From Bryobacteraceae bacterium (GTDB taxonomy: Bacteria > Acidobacteriota > Terriglobia > Bryobacterales > Bryobacteraceae), in the NCBI GenBank assembly GCA_044358225.1, contig JBIKOG010000008.1, positions 15,595 through 79,594 of the forward strand: 64,000 nucleotides of DNA. The letters are read 5' to 3'. Shown in pieces: positions 41,709 to 56,766 of the stretch (the stretch's first letter is position 1; the number at the start of each line of letters is the position of its first letter). The translations under genes were made by a program, and so were the position numbers. The notes beneath the pieces were generated by a model that saw only the letters and a list, made by a program, of their open reading frames with translations, was not told where the DNA came from and ran no database searches.

Positions 41709-43663
41709 AACCGAATCCCCTCTGGATCATCTGGCTCCTCTTCGCCCTCGCCGTCACGTTCACGCCCTTCCGCACCCTGGCCGACGTCTTCCGCATCCAT
41801 AGCCCCGCCCCCGTCGCCGCCGCCCTCCCGGCCATCCCGTTCCTGCTCGCCCTCGGCGCCTGGCTCACCCATCGCCTCCGCCTCCCCCGCTGGGAACCCA
41901 TCCTATTAATTGCCCTGCCCACACTGCTCTGCCTCGTCAAAGCCCCCATCCCCACCCTCCTCGCCGCGGCGCTCTTCCTCTCCGCCCACGCCATCGGCGC
42001 CCGCCTGCTCTCGGATCCGCCAGCCTCCCCCGCCCTCCGCATCGGCCTCCGCTTCGGCTTGGGCATCGGCGTCATCACCTTCGTCCTCTTCCTCGCCGGC
42101 CTCGCCGGTCTCCTCCGCTGGCCCCTCGCCGTACTCCTCCTCCTCCCCGCCCTCGATATCCGCGCCCTCCTCCCCGACATCGAACTCCTCCGCACCCGCT
42201 GGGCCGACGCCGAGGACATCCGCCACCCCGCCGTCTCTCTGGCCTACTTCTTCGCCCTCGGCTTCGCCCTCCTCGGCGCCCTCTGGATCCTAACCCCCAA
42301 CATCGCCTGGGACCCCCTGAAAATGCACCTCGCCAGCGCCCGCTGGTATGTCGAAACCGGGACACTCTCCCCTGTCCCCCTCGTCCCCGAATCTTACTAC
42401 CCGCAAGGCGCCGAAGTGCTCATGGCGCTCCTCTGGACCCTCGGCGGCCAACCCGCCGCCCAACTCGTCGCCCCCGTCTACTTCCTCGGCATTCTGCTCC
42501 TCACCGCCGCCGTCCTTCGCGAATGTGGCCTCCAACCTGCCGCCGTCTTCTGCGGCATCGTCGCCGCCGCCTCCACCCCGTTCCTCCACTGGACCGCCTT
42601 CGTAGCCAAAAACGACACTCCGCTCGCCTTCTTCCTCCTCGCCTCCCTCGTCTGCCTCCTCCGCAAACGAGTCCTACTCGCCACCGTCTTCCTAGCCCTC
42701 GCCTTCGGCATCAAACACGTGGCCCTGTTCGGCGCCATCGGCCTCACCCCGCTCTTCCTCCGCGAAATCTGGCAATCGCCCAAACGGATCCGCACCCTCG
42801 CCGCCGTCGCCGCCCTCTTCCTCGCCCTCGGGACGTTTTCCCTCGTCCGCACCTACGTGCTCACCGGCAACCCACTCTATCCCGAAAACGCCAGCCGCAC
42901 CGTCGACGTCAGCGTCGTCAACCATCCCTATCAGTCCACCGGCGAACGCGTCATGCGCTACGTCGGCATCCCCTGGCTCCTCCACTTCGACGGCCAGCGC
43001 GCCTTTGAATCTTCCTCGCCCAACCCCATGGGCTTCTGGCTCGTCTTCTTCGCCCTCGCCGCGCTCTCCTGGATCATAGACCGCACCACCGCCCTCCGCC
43101 TCACCCTCCTCTTCTGCGGGATCTATCTCCTGTATTGGGTCTCCATCCTCGTCACCCTCCGCTACGCCTTCGTGCCGATACTCCTCTTAATCTCCCTCAC
43201 CGCCCCCGCCCTCTTCCGCCTACCCCGCTGGCTCTCGGTGCCCGCGGCGTTCTACTGCCTCACCTTCTCCCTCGCCGTCTGCACCCTCATCGAAGTCTCC
43301 CCGCCCCAACTCCTCTGGGCCGCCGGCCGCCTGAACACCGATGGCTTCCTCCGCCAGGCCCTCCCCGTGTACGCCGCCTCCCAATCCCTCCACGGCAAGG
43401 CCAATAAAGCCGATCGCATCCTCGCCCTCGACGCCTGCCCCACCCCCTACGCCCCCTTCCCAGGCACCGTCCGCTGCCTCCACCACTCCGATTTCAACGA
43501 CTCCGCCCCTCGCCTCCTCGACGAGATCAAAACCGGCGCCTATCGCTTCGTCATCCTGCCCCCCACGCCCCTTCGCCAGCAGGCCCTCTTATCCCTTACT
43601 CCCAAAGAGGTCTACTCCGATCCCCAATTTGCCGTATACGACCTTAGGCCCCTCGAAAAATAG
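41705..43663 (+). CDS. Polytopic membrane protein, GT-C-like (ArnT/PMT-type glycosyltransferase candidate)
   Basis: 652 aa, more than 12 TM helices and a soluble C-terminal domain of about 110 aa. ATGA overlap with the oxidoreductase. The family call is from architecture only. Confidence 0.5.
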   Translation: MKPNPLWIIWLLFALAVTFTPFRTLADVFRIHSPAPVAAALPAIPFLLALGAWLTHRLRLPRWEPILLIALPTLLCLVKAPIPTLLAAALFLSAHAIGARLLSDPPASPALRIGLRFGLGIGVITFVLFLAGLAGLLRWPLAVLLLLPALDIRALLPDIELLRTRWADAEDIRHPAVSLAYFFALGFALLGALWILTPNIAWDPLKMHLASARWYVETGTLSPVPLVPESYYPQGAEVLMALLWTLGGQPAAQLVAPVYFLGILLLTAAVLRECGLQPAAVFCGIVAAASTPFLHWTAFVAKNDTPLAFFLLASLVCLLRKRVLLATVFLALAFGIKHVALFGAIGLTPLFLREIWQSPKRIRTLAAVAALFLALGTFSLVRTYVLTGNPLYPENASRTVDVSVVNHPYQSTGERVMRYVGIPWLLHFDGQRAFESSSPNPMGFWLVFFALAALSWIIDRTTALRLTLLFCGIYLLYWVSILVTLRYAFVPILLLISLTAPALFRLPRWLSVPAAFYCLTFSLAVCTLIEVSPPQLLWAAGRLNTDGFLRQALPVYAASQSLHGKANKADRILALDACPTPYAPFPGTVRCLHHSDFNDSAPRLLDEIKTGAYRFVILPPTPLRQQALLSLTPKEVYSDPQFAVYDLRPLEK

Positions 43664-43707
43664 ATACACTAGTGTAGGCAACGTGTCTTACGTTGAGGGG
43701 TACCTCC

Positions 43708-45300
43708 ATGCGTCGTTTATGGATCAGTCTGGCTTTCGCTTCCGTGGGTTGGGGTCATTGCGCCATTCCTGGCTTTGAACTCTACCCCACATGTCCAACC
43801 GTTCCCGCGCCAACACCAACACCAACGCCGACGCCGACGCCCACCCCTACACCCACTCCTACACCGCCCCCCACGCCCACTCCGCCCCCGCCAGACCCCA
43901 CCTCTCCGCCCGAGACCACCAGCATCTACATCGTCGCCTCCGAGGTCTTCCTGGAATCCATGACCGGCGCCTCCTCCCCAGCCAGCATGACCTACCCGCT
44001 GATCTTCCTCGGCGAAGGCGCCTATTGGAGAGCCGACATCAAGACGGATGACGGCGCCTCCTGGCTCACCATGACCCCCGGCCAGGGCACAGGCGATTCC
44101 GACATCCGCGTCGTCGCCAACCCCGCCGGTCTTAAAGGCGGCAGCTACACCGCCCGCGTCACCATCGTCTCCCCCGGCTCCACCAATAGCCCCGCCAACT
44201 TCCGCGTCAACTTCCGCGTCCGCGATCCCATCCCCGCCACCCTCCGCACCAGCCTCACCTCCCTCGCCTTCACCGCCCGCGAAGGCGATACCACCAACCC
44301 CGCCTCCCAGCAGATCACCATCAAAATGGAGGGCGAAACCAAGCCCGACTGGACCGCCACCGTTACTTCCCTCAATGGCGGCAACTGGCTCGCCATCACT
44401 CCCGCCGCCGGCAAGGCCGATGGCGAGATCACCGCCACCGCCCGCCTCGCCGATCTCCCCGCCGGCACCTACGCCGCGCGCATTGACCTTCGCGCCCCTA
44501 CCGCCTCCAACCCCACCCTGCAAATCCCCGTTTCGTTCACCATCTCCCGCCAGCGCACCCTCCTCACCGCCAACGGCATCGTCAACGCCGCCAGCCTTCG
44601 CTCCGGCCCCATCGCCCCCGGCCAGTTAATCACCCTCGCCGGCGACCGCATGGGCCCCCGCAACGGCCTCGCCGCCAAGCCCAATGAGTCCACTAATCGC
44701 TACGCCACCGCCCTCGGCGGCACCCGCGTACTCTTCGATAACGTTCCCGGCGTGGTGCTCTACGCCTCCACCAACCAAGTGAACGCCATGGTGCCCTTTG
44801 AAATCGCCGGCCGATCCACCGTGAAAGTCAGCGTGGAATCCGCCGGCTACGAAGCCTCCACGCCCATCGATGTTCCCGTCGCCCCCGCCGCCCCCGGCCT
44901 CTTCTCCGCCGATGGCGTCCGCGCCGCCGCTCTCAACCAGGACTACTCGTTCAACACCCCCACCACGCCCGCCGCCGCCGGCGAAGTCATCCAGCTCTTC
45001 CTCACCGGCCAGGGCCTCACCACTCCGCGCGTTGAAACCGGGGCCCTCGCCCCCTCCGTGGCGCCCTTCGCCACCCCCGATGAACCCGTAGTCATTCTCA
45101 TCGATGGCCAGCGCGCCGAAGTCCTCTTCGCCGGCCTTGCCCCCGGCTCCATCGGCCTCCTGCAGGTCAATGCCCGCATTCCCGCCAACATCGCGCCGTC
45201 CGCTAACGTCATCGTCGGCGCCCGCATCGGCTCCGTCGGCCTCCAGGACGCCATGCACATCGCCATCAAGGCCGCACCCGCCGCCGATCCCCAGCCGTAG
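43708..45300 (+). CDS. Secreted protein: (Pro-Thr)9 linker, two Ig-like domains, Solibacter-type C-terminal domain
   Basis: ATG 43708 (GAGGGG 8 nt upstream). Signal peptide 'MRRLWISLAFASVGWG'. 'PAPTPTPTPTPTPTPTPTPTPPPTPTPPPPDPTSPPETT'. 'GIVNAASLRSGPIAPGQLITLAG..AAPGLF'. Confidence 0.8.
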   Translation: MRRLWISLAFASVGWGHCAIPGFELYPTCPTVPAPTPTPTPTPTPTPTPTPTPPPTPTPPPPDPTSPPETTSIYIVASEVFLESMTGASSPASMTYPLIFLGEGAYWRADIKTDDGASWLTMTPGQGTGDSDIRVVANPAGLKGGSYTARVTIVSPGSTNSPANFRVNFRVRDPIPATLRTSLTSLAFTAREGDTTNPASQQITIKMEGETKPDWTATVTSLNGGNWLAITPAAGKADGEITATARLADLPAGTYAARIDLRAPTASNPTLQIPVSFTISRQRTLLTANGIVNAASLRSGPIAPGQLITLAGDRMGPRNGLAAKPNESTNRYATALGGTRVLFDNVPGVVLYASTNQVNAMVPFEIAGRSTVKVSVESAGYEASTPIDVPVAPAAPGLFSADGVRAAALNQDYSFNTPTTPAAAGEVIQLFLTGQGLTTPRVETGALAPSVAPFATPDEPVVILIDGQRAEVLFAGLAPGSIGLLQVNARIPANIAPSANVIVGARIGSVGLQDAMHIAIKAAPAADPQP

Positions 45301-45357
45301 CTTTTTCCTGTCATTGCGCCGCAGTAATTGCCGCGCGGGGTGGTACCCTGAAGGAAA

Positions 45358-46029
45358 GTGAAATTTGGCGTAGTTGTCTTTCCTGGTTCCAACTGCGATC
45401 ACGATGCGCAGTTCAGCGTCACGGCCAATCTTGGGGAAAGGGCCGAAATGTTGTGGCACCGCGATGCCGCGATTCCCAACGACATCGACGCCGTCATCCT
45501 CCCCGGTGGCTTTTCTTACGGCGATTATCTGCGCTGCGGCGCGATCGCTAAATTCTCGCCCATCATCGGCGCGGTGAAGGCGTTCGCTGCCAAAGGCGGC
45601 CTCGTCATCGGCATCTGTAATGGATTCCAAATCCTTACCGAATGCCACCTTCTCCCCGGTGCCCTGGTGCGGAACACCAACCTGCAGTACATCTGCAAGC
45701 CAGTCGATCTCCGGATCGAAACGACGAACACCCCCTTCACCAATCAGGCCACCAAAGGCCAGATCGTCACCTTCCCCATCGCCCACGGCGAAGGCCGCTA
45801 CACAGCCGACCCCGAAACTCTGGATCAATTGGAAGCCGAAGATCGCGTCGTCTTCCGTTACGTCGACAACCCCAATGGCTCCCTGCGCGACATCGCCGGC
45901 ATCTGTAATAAAGAGCGCAACGTGCTCGGCATGATGCCCCACCCCGAACGCGCTACGGACCCGCTCATGGGCTCCACCGACGGTCTCACTGTCTTCCGTT
46001 CCATCGTCACCGCATTCGCGGCCAAATAA
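45358..46029 (+). CDS. purQ: Phosphoribosylformylglycinamidine synthase I (glutaminase subunit)
   Basis: '[15 protein letters not shown]', 'GICNGFQ', 'HGEG', 'MPHPER'. Confidence 0.92.
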   Translation: MKFGVVVFPGSNCDHDAQFSVTANLGERAEMLWHRDAAIPNDIDAVILPGGFSYGDYLRCGAIAKFSPIIGAVKAFAAKGGLVIGICNGFQILTECHLLPGALVRNTNLQYICKPVDLRIETTNTPFTNQATKGQIVTFPIAHGEGRYTADPETLDQLEAEDRVVFRYVDNPNGSLRDIAGICNKERNVLGMMPHPERATDPLMGSTDGLTVFRSIVTAFAAK

Positions 46030-46032
46030 TCC

Positions 46033-48226
<2,194 letters not shown>

Positions 48227-48234
<8 letters not shown>

Positions 48235-49666
48235 AGAAGATGACGACCTGCACTTCGATAAGCTCCATGAGGAGTGCGGGGTGTTCGCCATTTATGGCCA
48301 CCCGGAAGCCTCGAACGTAACTTATCTCGGCCTCTACGCCCTCCAGCATCGTGGGCAGGAGTCGGCGGGTATCGCCTGCGGCAACGGCCGCGTCGTTACC
48401 TGCCGGAAGGATATGGGGCACGTCGCCGATATCTTCAAGCCCGAGGTTCTGGCCCAGCTCCCCGGCCACATGGCCATCGGCCACACCCGCTATTCCACCA
48501 CCGGCGATTCGAAGATGTTGAACGCGCAACCGTTCAGCGTCACCTGCAACAAAGGGCCTATCGCCGTCGCCCACAATGGAAACATTACCAACGCCGCCGA
48601 ACTGCGCCGCGAACTGGAATCCGACGGGTCGATCTTCCAAGCCACCAGCGATACCGAAGTCATTCTCCACCTGGTCGCCCGCTCCCGCGAGCGCACCATG
48701 GCCGGCGCCCTCCGCGAAGCCCTTCTCCAATTGGAAGGGGCGTTCTCGCTCGTCTTCCTCGCTGCGGATCAGTTGATCGTCGCCCGCGACCCGCACGGTT
48801 TCCGCCCGCTCGCCATGGGCCAGATGGAGTTGAGCGAACACCGCACCGGCTACGTCTTCGCCAGCGAAACCTGCGCCTTCGATCTCATCAACGCCGTTTA
48901 TTTGAACGATGTGGAACCCGGCGAAATGGTCATCGTCGGGCCCAACGGCGTCACCCGCGAACGCTACGCGCCCAAGCGCCCGCTCGCCCACTGCGTCTTC
49001 GAACACGTCTATTTCGCCCGGCCCGATTCGCTGGTCTTCGGCCGCCCCGTGCAGCAGAGCCGGGAATGGATGGGCCGCCTGCTTGCCCGTGAAGCCCCCG
49101 CCGATGCCGATGTCATCGTGCCCGTGCCCGATTCCGGGGTCGCCGCCGCCCTCGGCTTCGCCACCGAAAGCGGCATTCCCTTCCGCCAGGCGCTGATTCG
49201 CAACCATTACGTCGGCCGGACGTTCATCGAGCCCTCCCAGGCCATTCGCGATTTCGGCGTCAAGCTGAAGCTGAATCCCGTCCGCCATCTCCTCGAAGGC
49301 AAGCGCGTCGTGCTGGTCGATGATTCCATCGTCCGCGGGACCACCTCCCGCAAGATTGTCCGCATGGTCCGTCAGGCCGGCGCCAAAGAGGTGCATATGC
49401 GCATCTCCTGCCCGCCCACCATCAGCCCCTGCTTCTACGGGGTCGATACGCCCACCAAGCAACATCTCATCGCCGCCAACTCCACCATCGAAGACATCCG
49501 CCGCTTCGTCGAAGCCGATTCGCTCGGCTATCTCTCGCAAGGTGGCTTGAGCCGCGCCGTCTCCGATGGCAACCGCGACTTCTGTTACGCCTGCTACACC
49601 GGCGAGTATCCCACCGAACTCGTCCAAATCGCCGAGTTGATGCGCGAAAACCCCGATTTGGGGTAA
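48227..49666 (+). CDS. purF: Amidophosphoribosyltransferase
   Basis: ATG 48227 (8-nt overlap with purL). 'CGVFAIYGH', '[11 protein letters not shown]', PRPP loop '[14 protein letters not shown]'. Confidence 0.92.
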
Positions 49667-49678
49667 AACCTAAACATA

Positions 49679-50836
49679 GTGCCAATCGCCGTAGCTGAGT
49701 CCGCTCGCGCCGTGCCCTACTCCCGTATCCGGGAGCTGGCGGAAATCGCCATGACCATGGACGGCGTCCACAAGCTGTACTTTGGCGAGTCCAATCTACC
49801 CACGCCGGAGTTCCTCAAACGCGCCGCCGATCAGGCCATGCGCGACGGCTTTACCTTCTACACGCCAAACTCCGGCCTGCTCTCCACCCGCCAGGCGCTG
49901 GCCCGCTACTACCAACGTCACCAGGGCGTCACGCTCAACCCCGAGAACGAAATCGTCGTCACCAACTCCGGCGTCCAGGCGCTCCACGTCGGCCTCCGCT
50001 GCACCATCAATCCCGGTGACGACGCCCTCGTCCTCACCCCCGCCTGGCCCAACGCCTGCTCCATTCTGCAGATGTACGGCGCCCGGCCCATTGAGCTCGC
50101 CCAGCCCATCGTCAACAACCGCTACACCATCGACATCGCGCAGATGGAAGCCGCGCTCACCCCGCGCACCCGCCTGCTCATCTACACCTCTCCCTCGAAC
50201 CCGCTCGGCTGGGTCGCCACCGTCGAAGAGCAGCAACAGCTTCTCGATTTCGCCCGCCGCCACCATCTCTGGCTCCTCGCCGACGAAGTCTACGAACGCC
50301 TCGTCTACGACGGCCGCTCCGTCGTCCCCAGCATTCTCCAACTCGCCACCCGGGAAGACGCCGTCCTCGTCGCCCAGAGCTTCTCCAAAGCCTGGTGCAT
50401 GACCGGCTGGCGCCTCGGCTGGCTCATCGCCCGCAAGGATCTGGCCCAGCGCGCCGCGCAGTTGAACGAGTTCATCATCAGCTGTGCCCCGTCGTTCGTC
50501 CAGCGCACCGGGGAAACAGCGCTCGATGGCGGCGACGAAACCGTCACAGGTCTCGTCTCCATGCTCAAGGAGAACCGCGATTTCTGCCTCTCCGCGCTCC
50601 GTTCGATGCCCGGCGTCACGGTTCCCGAACCCGAAGGCGCGTTCTATCTGTTCCCCAAAATCGACGGCCTCACGGACTCGTTCGATTTCTGCAAGCGTCT
50701 CCTGCTTGAAACCAAAGTCGGCATCGCCCCCGGTGTCGCCTTCGGCGCGGGGGGTGAAGGTAACGTTCGTATCTGTTACGCCGTGGAAAAGCCCATACTG
50801 GAAGATGCCATGGAGAGGCTCGCGCGGTTCCTATAA
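49679..50836 (+). CDS. Class I/II pyridoxal-phosphate aminotransferase (aspartate aminotransferase-like)
   Basis: 'SPSNPLGW', 'SFSKAWCMTGWRLGW' (PLP Lys). Confidence 0.85.
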   Translation: MPIAVAESARAVPYSRIRELAEIAMTMDGVHKLYFGESNLPTPEFLKRAADQAMRDGFTFYTPNSGLLSTRQALARYYQRHQGVTLNPENEIVVTNSGVQALHVGLRCTINPGDDALVLTPAWPNACSILQMYGARPIELAQPIVNNRYTIDIAQMEAALTPRTRLLIYTSPSNPLGWVATVEEQQQLLDFARRHHLWLLADEVYERLVYDGRSVVPSILQLATREDAVLVAQSFSKAWCMTGWRLGWLIARKDLAQRAAQLNEFIISCAPSFVQRTGETALDGGDETVTGLVSMLKENRDFCLSALRSMPGVTVPEPEGAFYLFPKIDGLTDSFDFCKRLLLETKVGIAPGVAFGAGGEGNVRICYAVEKPILEDAMERLARFL

Positions 50837-50841
50837 GCATC

Positions 50842-54018
<3,177 letters not shown>

Positions 54019-54067
54019 TTAGCGTGAAAAGTTTTCGCGCCGTTTCCGCTCTCCGTCCTGAGGATCC

Positions 54068-55132
54068 ATGAGAACCATTGCGCTCAGTCTCTTTCTACTC
54101 TTCCCCATCGGCCTCCGCGCCGCCTGGACGTTTGAAACCATTTCCAACACCTCCGAAGGCCACATGGCCTCCCGCGTCATAGCGATTGACCAGGAACGTA
54201 CGCTCGTCGCCTACAAAAGCGGCACCGCGCTTGTCGCCGCTACCTCCACCGGTGGCGCGCTCGTGCCCGAAACGCTGCTCCCTGTAACTATTCCCAGCAA
54301 TATCTACGCCTCGGTCGGTACCCGCGGCGCCGGCCTCATCAGCTTCTGGAACGCCGGTGCGTTCTGGTACGCCCTCCAGCTCACCCCCGGCGCCGGCAAC
54401 TGTGGCCCCAGCTCCAACTGGCAGTGCGGCACCGTCAAAATGCCCGCCAACACCACCGGCCAAATCGTCGACACCATCGTCGGCCAGGCCGACGCCCTTC
54501 TCAACGCCCACTTCTTCTACCGCCTCCGCACCTCGAACGGCCTCAACAACGGCATCTTCTACGTCAAGCGCTCCGCCGCCGGCCTCTGGTCCGCCCCCGT
54601 CAAAGTCACCCTTGCCAGCATGACCGGCAAAGGCCCCGTGGCCATTGAAGTCACGTCGGATTCCTCCATGGGTTTCCTCGCCGCCGGTAGCGGCGGCGCC
54701 ACCTATGTCAGCCGCTTCAACGGCGTCTTTAGCGATAACAATAGCCTCAACACCCTCCCCGTCACCGGCCTCACCAGTGCCGACATGCAGAAGGTGCTCG
54801 GCCCCTCCCAGTTCTGCGTCACCAAGGACCCCGGCGAACTGCGCCTCGTCAAGCGCAGCACCATCAACGGCCTGTGGATCGGCGCGCCCCTCATCACCGC
54901 GCCTCTGGAAACCGCCCGCCCCCACTGCTCCATCCAGGTCCGCTCCGCCGGCGATCCCGTCGTCGCCTACACCTCCACCGCCGACGTCGTCCGCCTCTGG
55001 AGAGACGGCGTGTGGGAAACCGTCGATGCCTCCGGTGTCTTCTCCAAACCCATCATCGACCTCACCCCCGCCAATAAACTCCTGATCCTCTACCGAGGCG
55101 CCGGCTTCCTCAAGTTCGGTCGCGAACAGTAG
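54068..55132 (+). CDS. Secreted hypothetical protein (beta-rich, no recognisable domain)
   Basis: Signal peptide 'MRTIALSLFLLFPIGLRA'. GC3-rich codons. I recognise no motif. Confidence 0.6.
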   Translation: MRTIALSLFLLFPIGLRAAWTFETISNTSEGHMASRVIAIDQERTLVAYKSGTALVAATSTGGALVPETLLPVTIPSNIYASVGTRGAGLISFWNAGAFWYALQLTPGAGNCGPSSNWQCGTVKMPANTTGQIVDTIVGQADALLNAHFFYRLRTSNGLNNGIFYVKRSAAGLWSAPVKVTLASMTGKGPVAIEVTSDSSMGFLAAGSGGATYVSRFNGVFSDNNSLNTLPVTGLTSADMQKVLGPSQFCVTKDPGELRLVKRSTINGLWIGAPLITAPLETARPHCSIQVRSAGDPVVAYTSTADVVRLWRDGVWETVDASGVFSKPIIDLTPANKLLILYRGAGFLKFGREQ

Positions 55133-55154
55133 CGCCTCCGCTACACTTGGGGGT

Positions 55155-56477
55155 ATGCCCGAAGAAGAAGTGCCAGAGCCGGAACTGGTCCCTGACCCAG
55201 TTCCGGACCCCGAGCCGGCCCCGGAGCCCGAACCCGAGCAAATCCCGCTCACCCCGGTAGCCCGCCAGGAGCGCATCGCCGCCATGGACGTCCTCCGCGG
55301 CCTCGCCGTCCTCGGCATTTTTCTCATCAATATGCCGCTCTACGTCGGCCCGATGAATGCGTTCTTCAACTGGGAAAACAACCCCTATTGGACCTCCGTT
55401 CCGGACCGCCTGGCCACTCTGTTCATCTACATCTTCGCCCAGGGCAAGTTCTACACACTCTTCTCGTTCCTCTTCGGACTCGGCTTCGGCGTGCAACTCA
55501 TGCGCGCCACCGAACGCCATTCGCCCAACTTCCTCTCCACCTTCCGCCGCCGCCTCTCCGTCCTCCTCGCAATTGGAGTCCTGCACTTCTTCCTCGTCTG
55601 GTGGGGCGACGTGCTGCACGTCTACGCACTGCTCGGCTTCCTCCTTATCTTCTTCCGCGAACGATCAGATAAGACCCTCGCCATCTGGATCGCCGCGCTT
55701 ACCTTCCTCCCCCTGACACTGGCCTCCATCGGCACCACCGTCGAACACTTCACCCGCAAGGAACCCACCGTCGAAGAAAAGAAGAAGGAGGCCGAACGCA
55801 AAGAGCAAAGTGCCAAGCGGTTGATGGACGATGTGAAGGCCTACTCCTCCGCCCCATTCCCGCAACTCCTGGCCCACCGGTTCCAGGGCAACCTCCGCCA
55901 TCTCCCCGGCGAAATCGGCTGGTCCACGGAGCTCTTCGCCAACTTCCTCATCGGCCTCTGGGTCTCCCGCCGCCGCATCCTGCAGGACCCGCAGTCCTAC
56001 CGTCCGCTACTCACCAAACTCGCCTACATCGCCCTGCCCCTGGCCATCCTCATCACCACGGCGGACCAGGTCTGGGGCTATCAGCACCCCGGTGCCGACA
56101 CCCCTCACTGGCGCACCCTCCTGGGCCTATTCCGCGAGTTCCTCTGCCGCCCCGCCATGGCCTACGGCTACGCGGCGCTGCTGCTGCTAATCGGTATCAA
56201 ATCCTGGATGAGCCCCTTCGCCGCCGTCGGCCGCATGGCGTTGACGAACTACCTCCTCCACTCCCTCGTCTGGACCACGGTAGCCAACAGCTACGGCATG
56301 GGCCTGTACGGCAAGATCCACCCGCTCCAAGGCCTCATCTACTGCTTCGCCTTCTACGCCCTGCAGCTCCCCTTCAGCGTGCTCTGGCTAAAGGTCTTCA
56401 ACTACGGCCCCGCCGAATGGGCCTGGCGCAGCCTAACCTACGGCAAAGCCCAACCCTTCCGCCGCCAAGCCGCCTGA
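55155..56477 (+). CDS. DUF418/YeiB-like membrane protein with acidic Pro-rich N-terminal extension
   Basis: 'ERIAAMDVLRGLAVLGIFLINM' and multi-TM topology. N-terminus 'PEPELVPDPVPDPEPAPEPEPEQ'. Confidence 0.75.
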   Translation: MPEEEVPEPELVPDPVPDPEPAPEPEPEQIPLTPVARQERIAAMDVLRGLAVLGIFLINMPLYVGPMNAFFNWENNPYWTSVPDRLATLFIYIFAQGKFYTLFSFLFGLGFGVQLMRATERHSPNFLSTFRRRLSVLLAIGVLHFFLVWWGDVLHVYALLGFLLIFFRERSDKTLAIWIAALTFLPLTLASIGTTVEHFTRKEPTVEEKKKEAERKEQSAKRLMDDVKAYSSAPFPQLLAHRFQGNLRHLPGEIGWSTELFANFLIGLWVSRRRILQDPQSYRPLLTKLAYIALPLAILITTADQVWGYQHPGADTPHWRTLLGLFREFLCRPAMAYGYAALLLLIGIKSWMSPFAAVGRMALTNYLLHSLVWTTVANSYGMGLYGKIHPLQGLIYCFAFYALQLPFSVLWLKVFNYGPAEWAWRSLTYGKAQPFRRQAA

Positions 56478-56729
56478 TCAGCAATCCCCTCCGGGGACAT
56501 ACGTGCCGGAGGGAGCGAGAGCGACCGTAGGCCGTGTGTCCCCCAAACCCGACCATCGCCCGCAACCGCACCGCCAACGCAAACAAGTGCATCGAACGAC
56601 TCCGCCGCCAAGCCGCCTGATCAGCGTCATCACCACCCACACAGCGACACCCCCTCCGGGGACATTCGTGCCGGAGGGAGCGCAGCGACCGTAGGCCGAG
56701 TGTCCCCCAAACGCGACCATCGCCCGCAA
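56459..56729. repeat. Imperfect tandem duplication: the 24-nt gene 3' end is copied once and an ~80-nt hairpin-bearing unit occurs twice
   Basis: 'ccgccgccaagccgcctgatcagc' occurs at 56459-56482 and 56602-56625. The ~80-nt unit occurs at 56486-56565 and 56651-56729, differing by a few substitutions and one indel. Confidence 0.85.
56487..56513 (+). terminator. GC-rich hairpin (8-bp stem CCCTCCGG/CCGGAGGG, 11-nt loop) 10 nt after the DUF418 stop; no U-tract
   Basis: Seen directly. An identical hairpin recurs at 56652-56678 within the duplicated unit. Confidence 0.3.
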
Positions 56730-56766
56730 AAGAAGTGTGGGATGATCGTCCTCTGGAGAACCCGGA

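Noticed and set aside
45301-45357. A possible purine or ZTP-type riboswitch or attenuator upstream of purQ, and a missing purS.
   Set aside because: The 57-nt spacer is too short for those aptamers and shows no convincing hairpin. purS may simply be encoded elsewhere. This looks like an ordinary core region.
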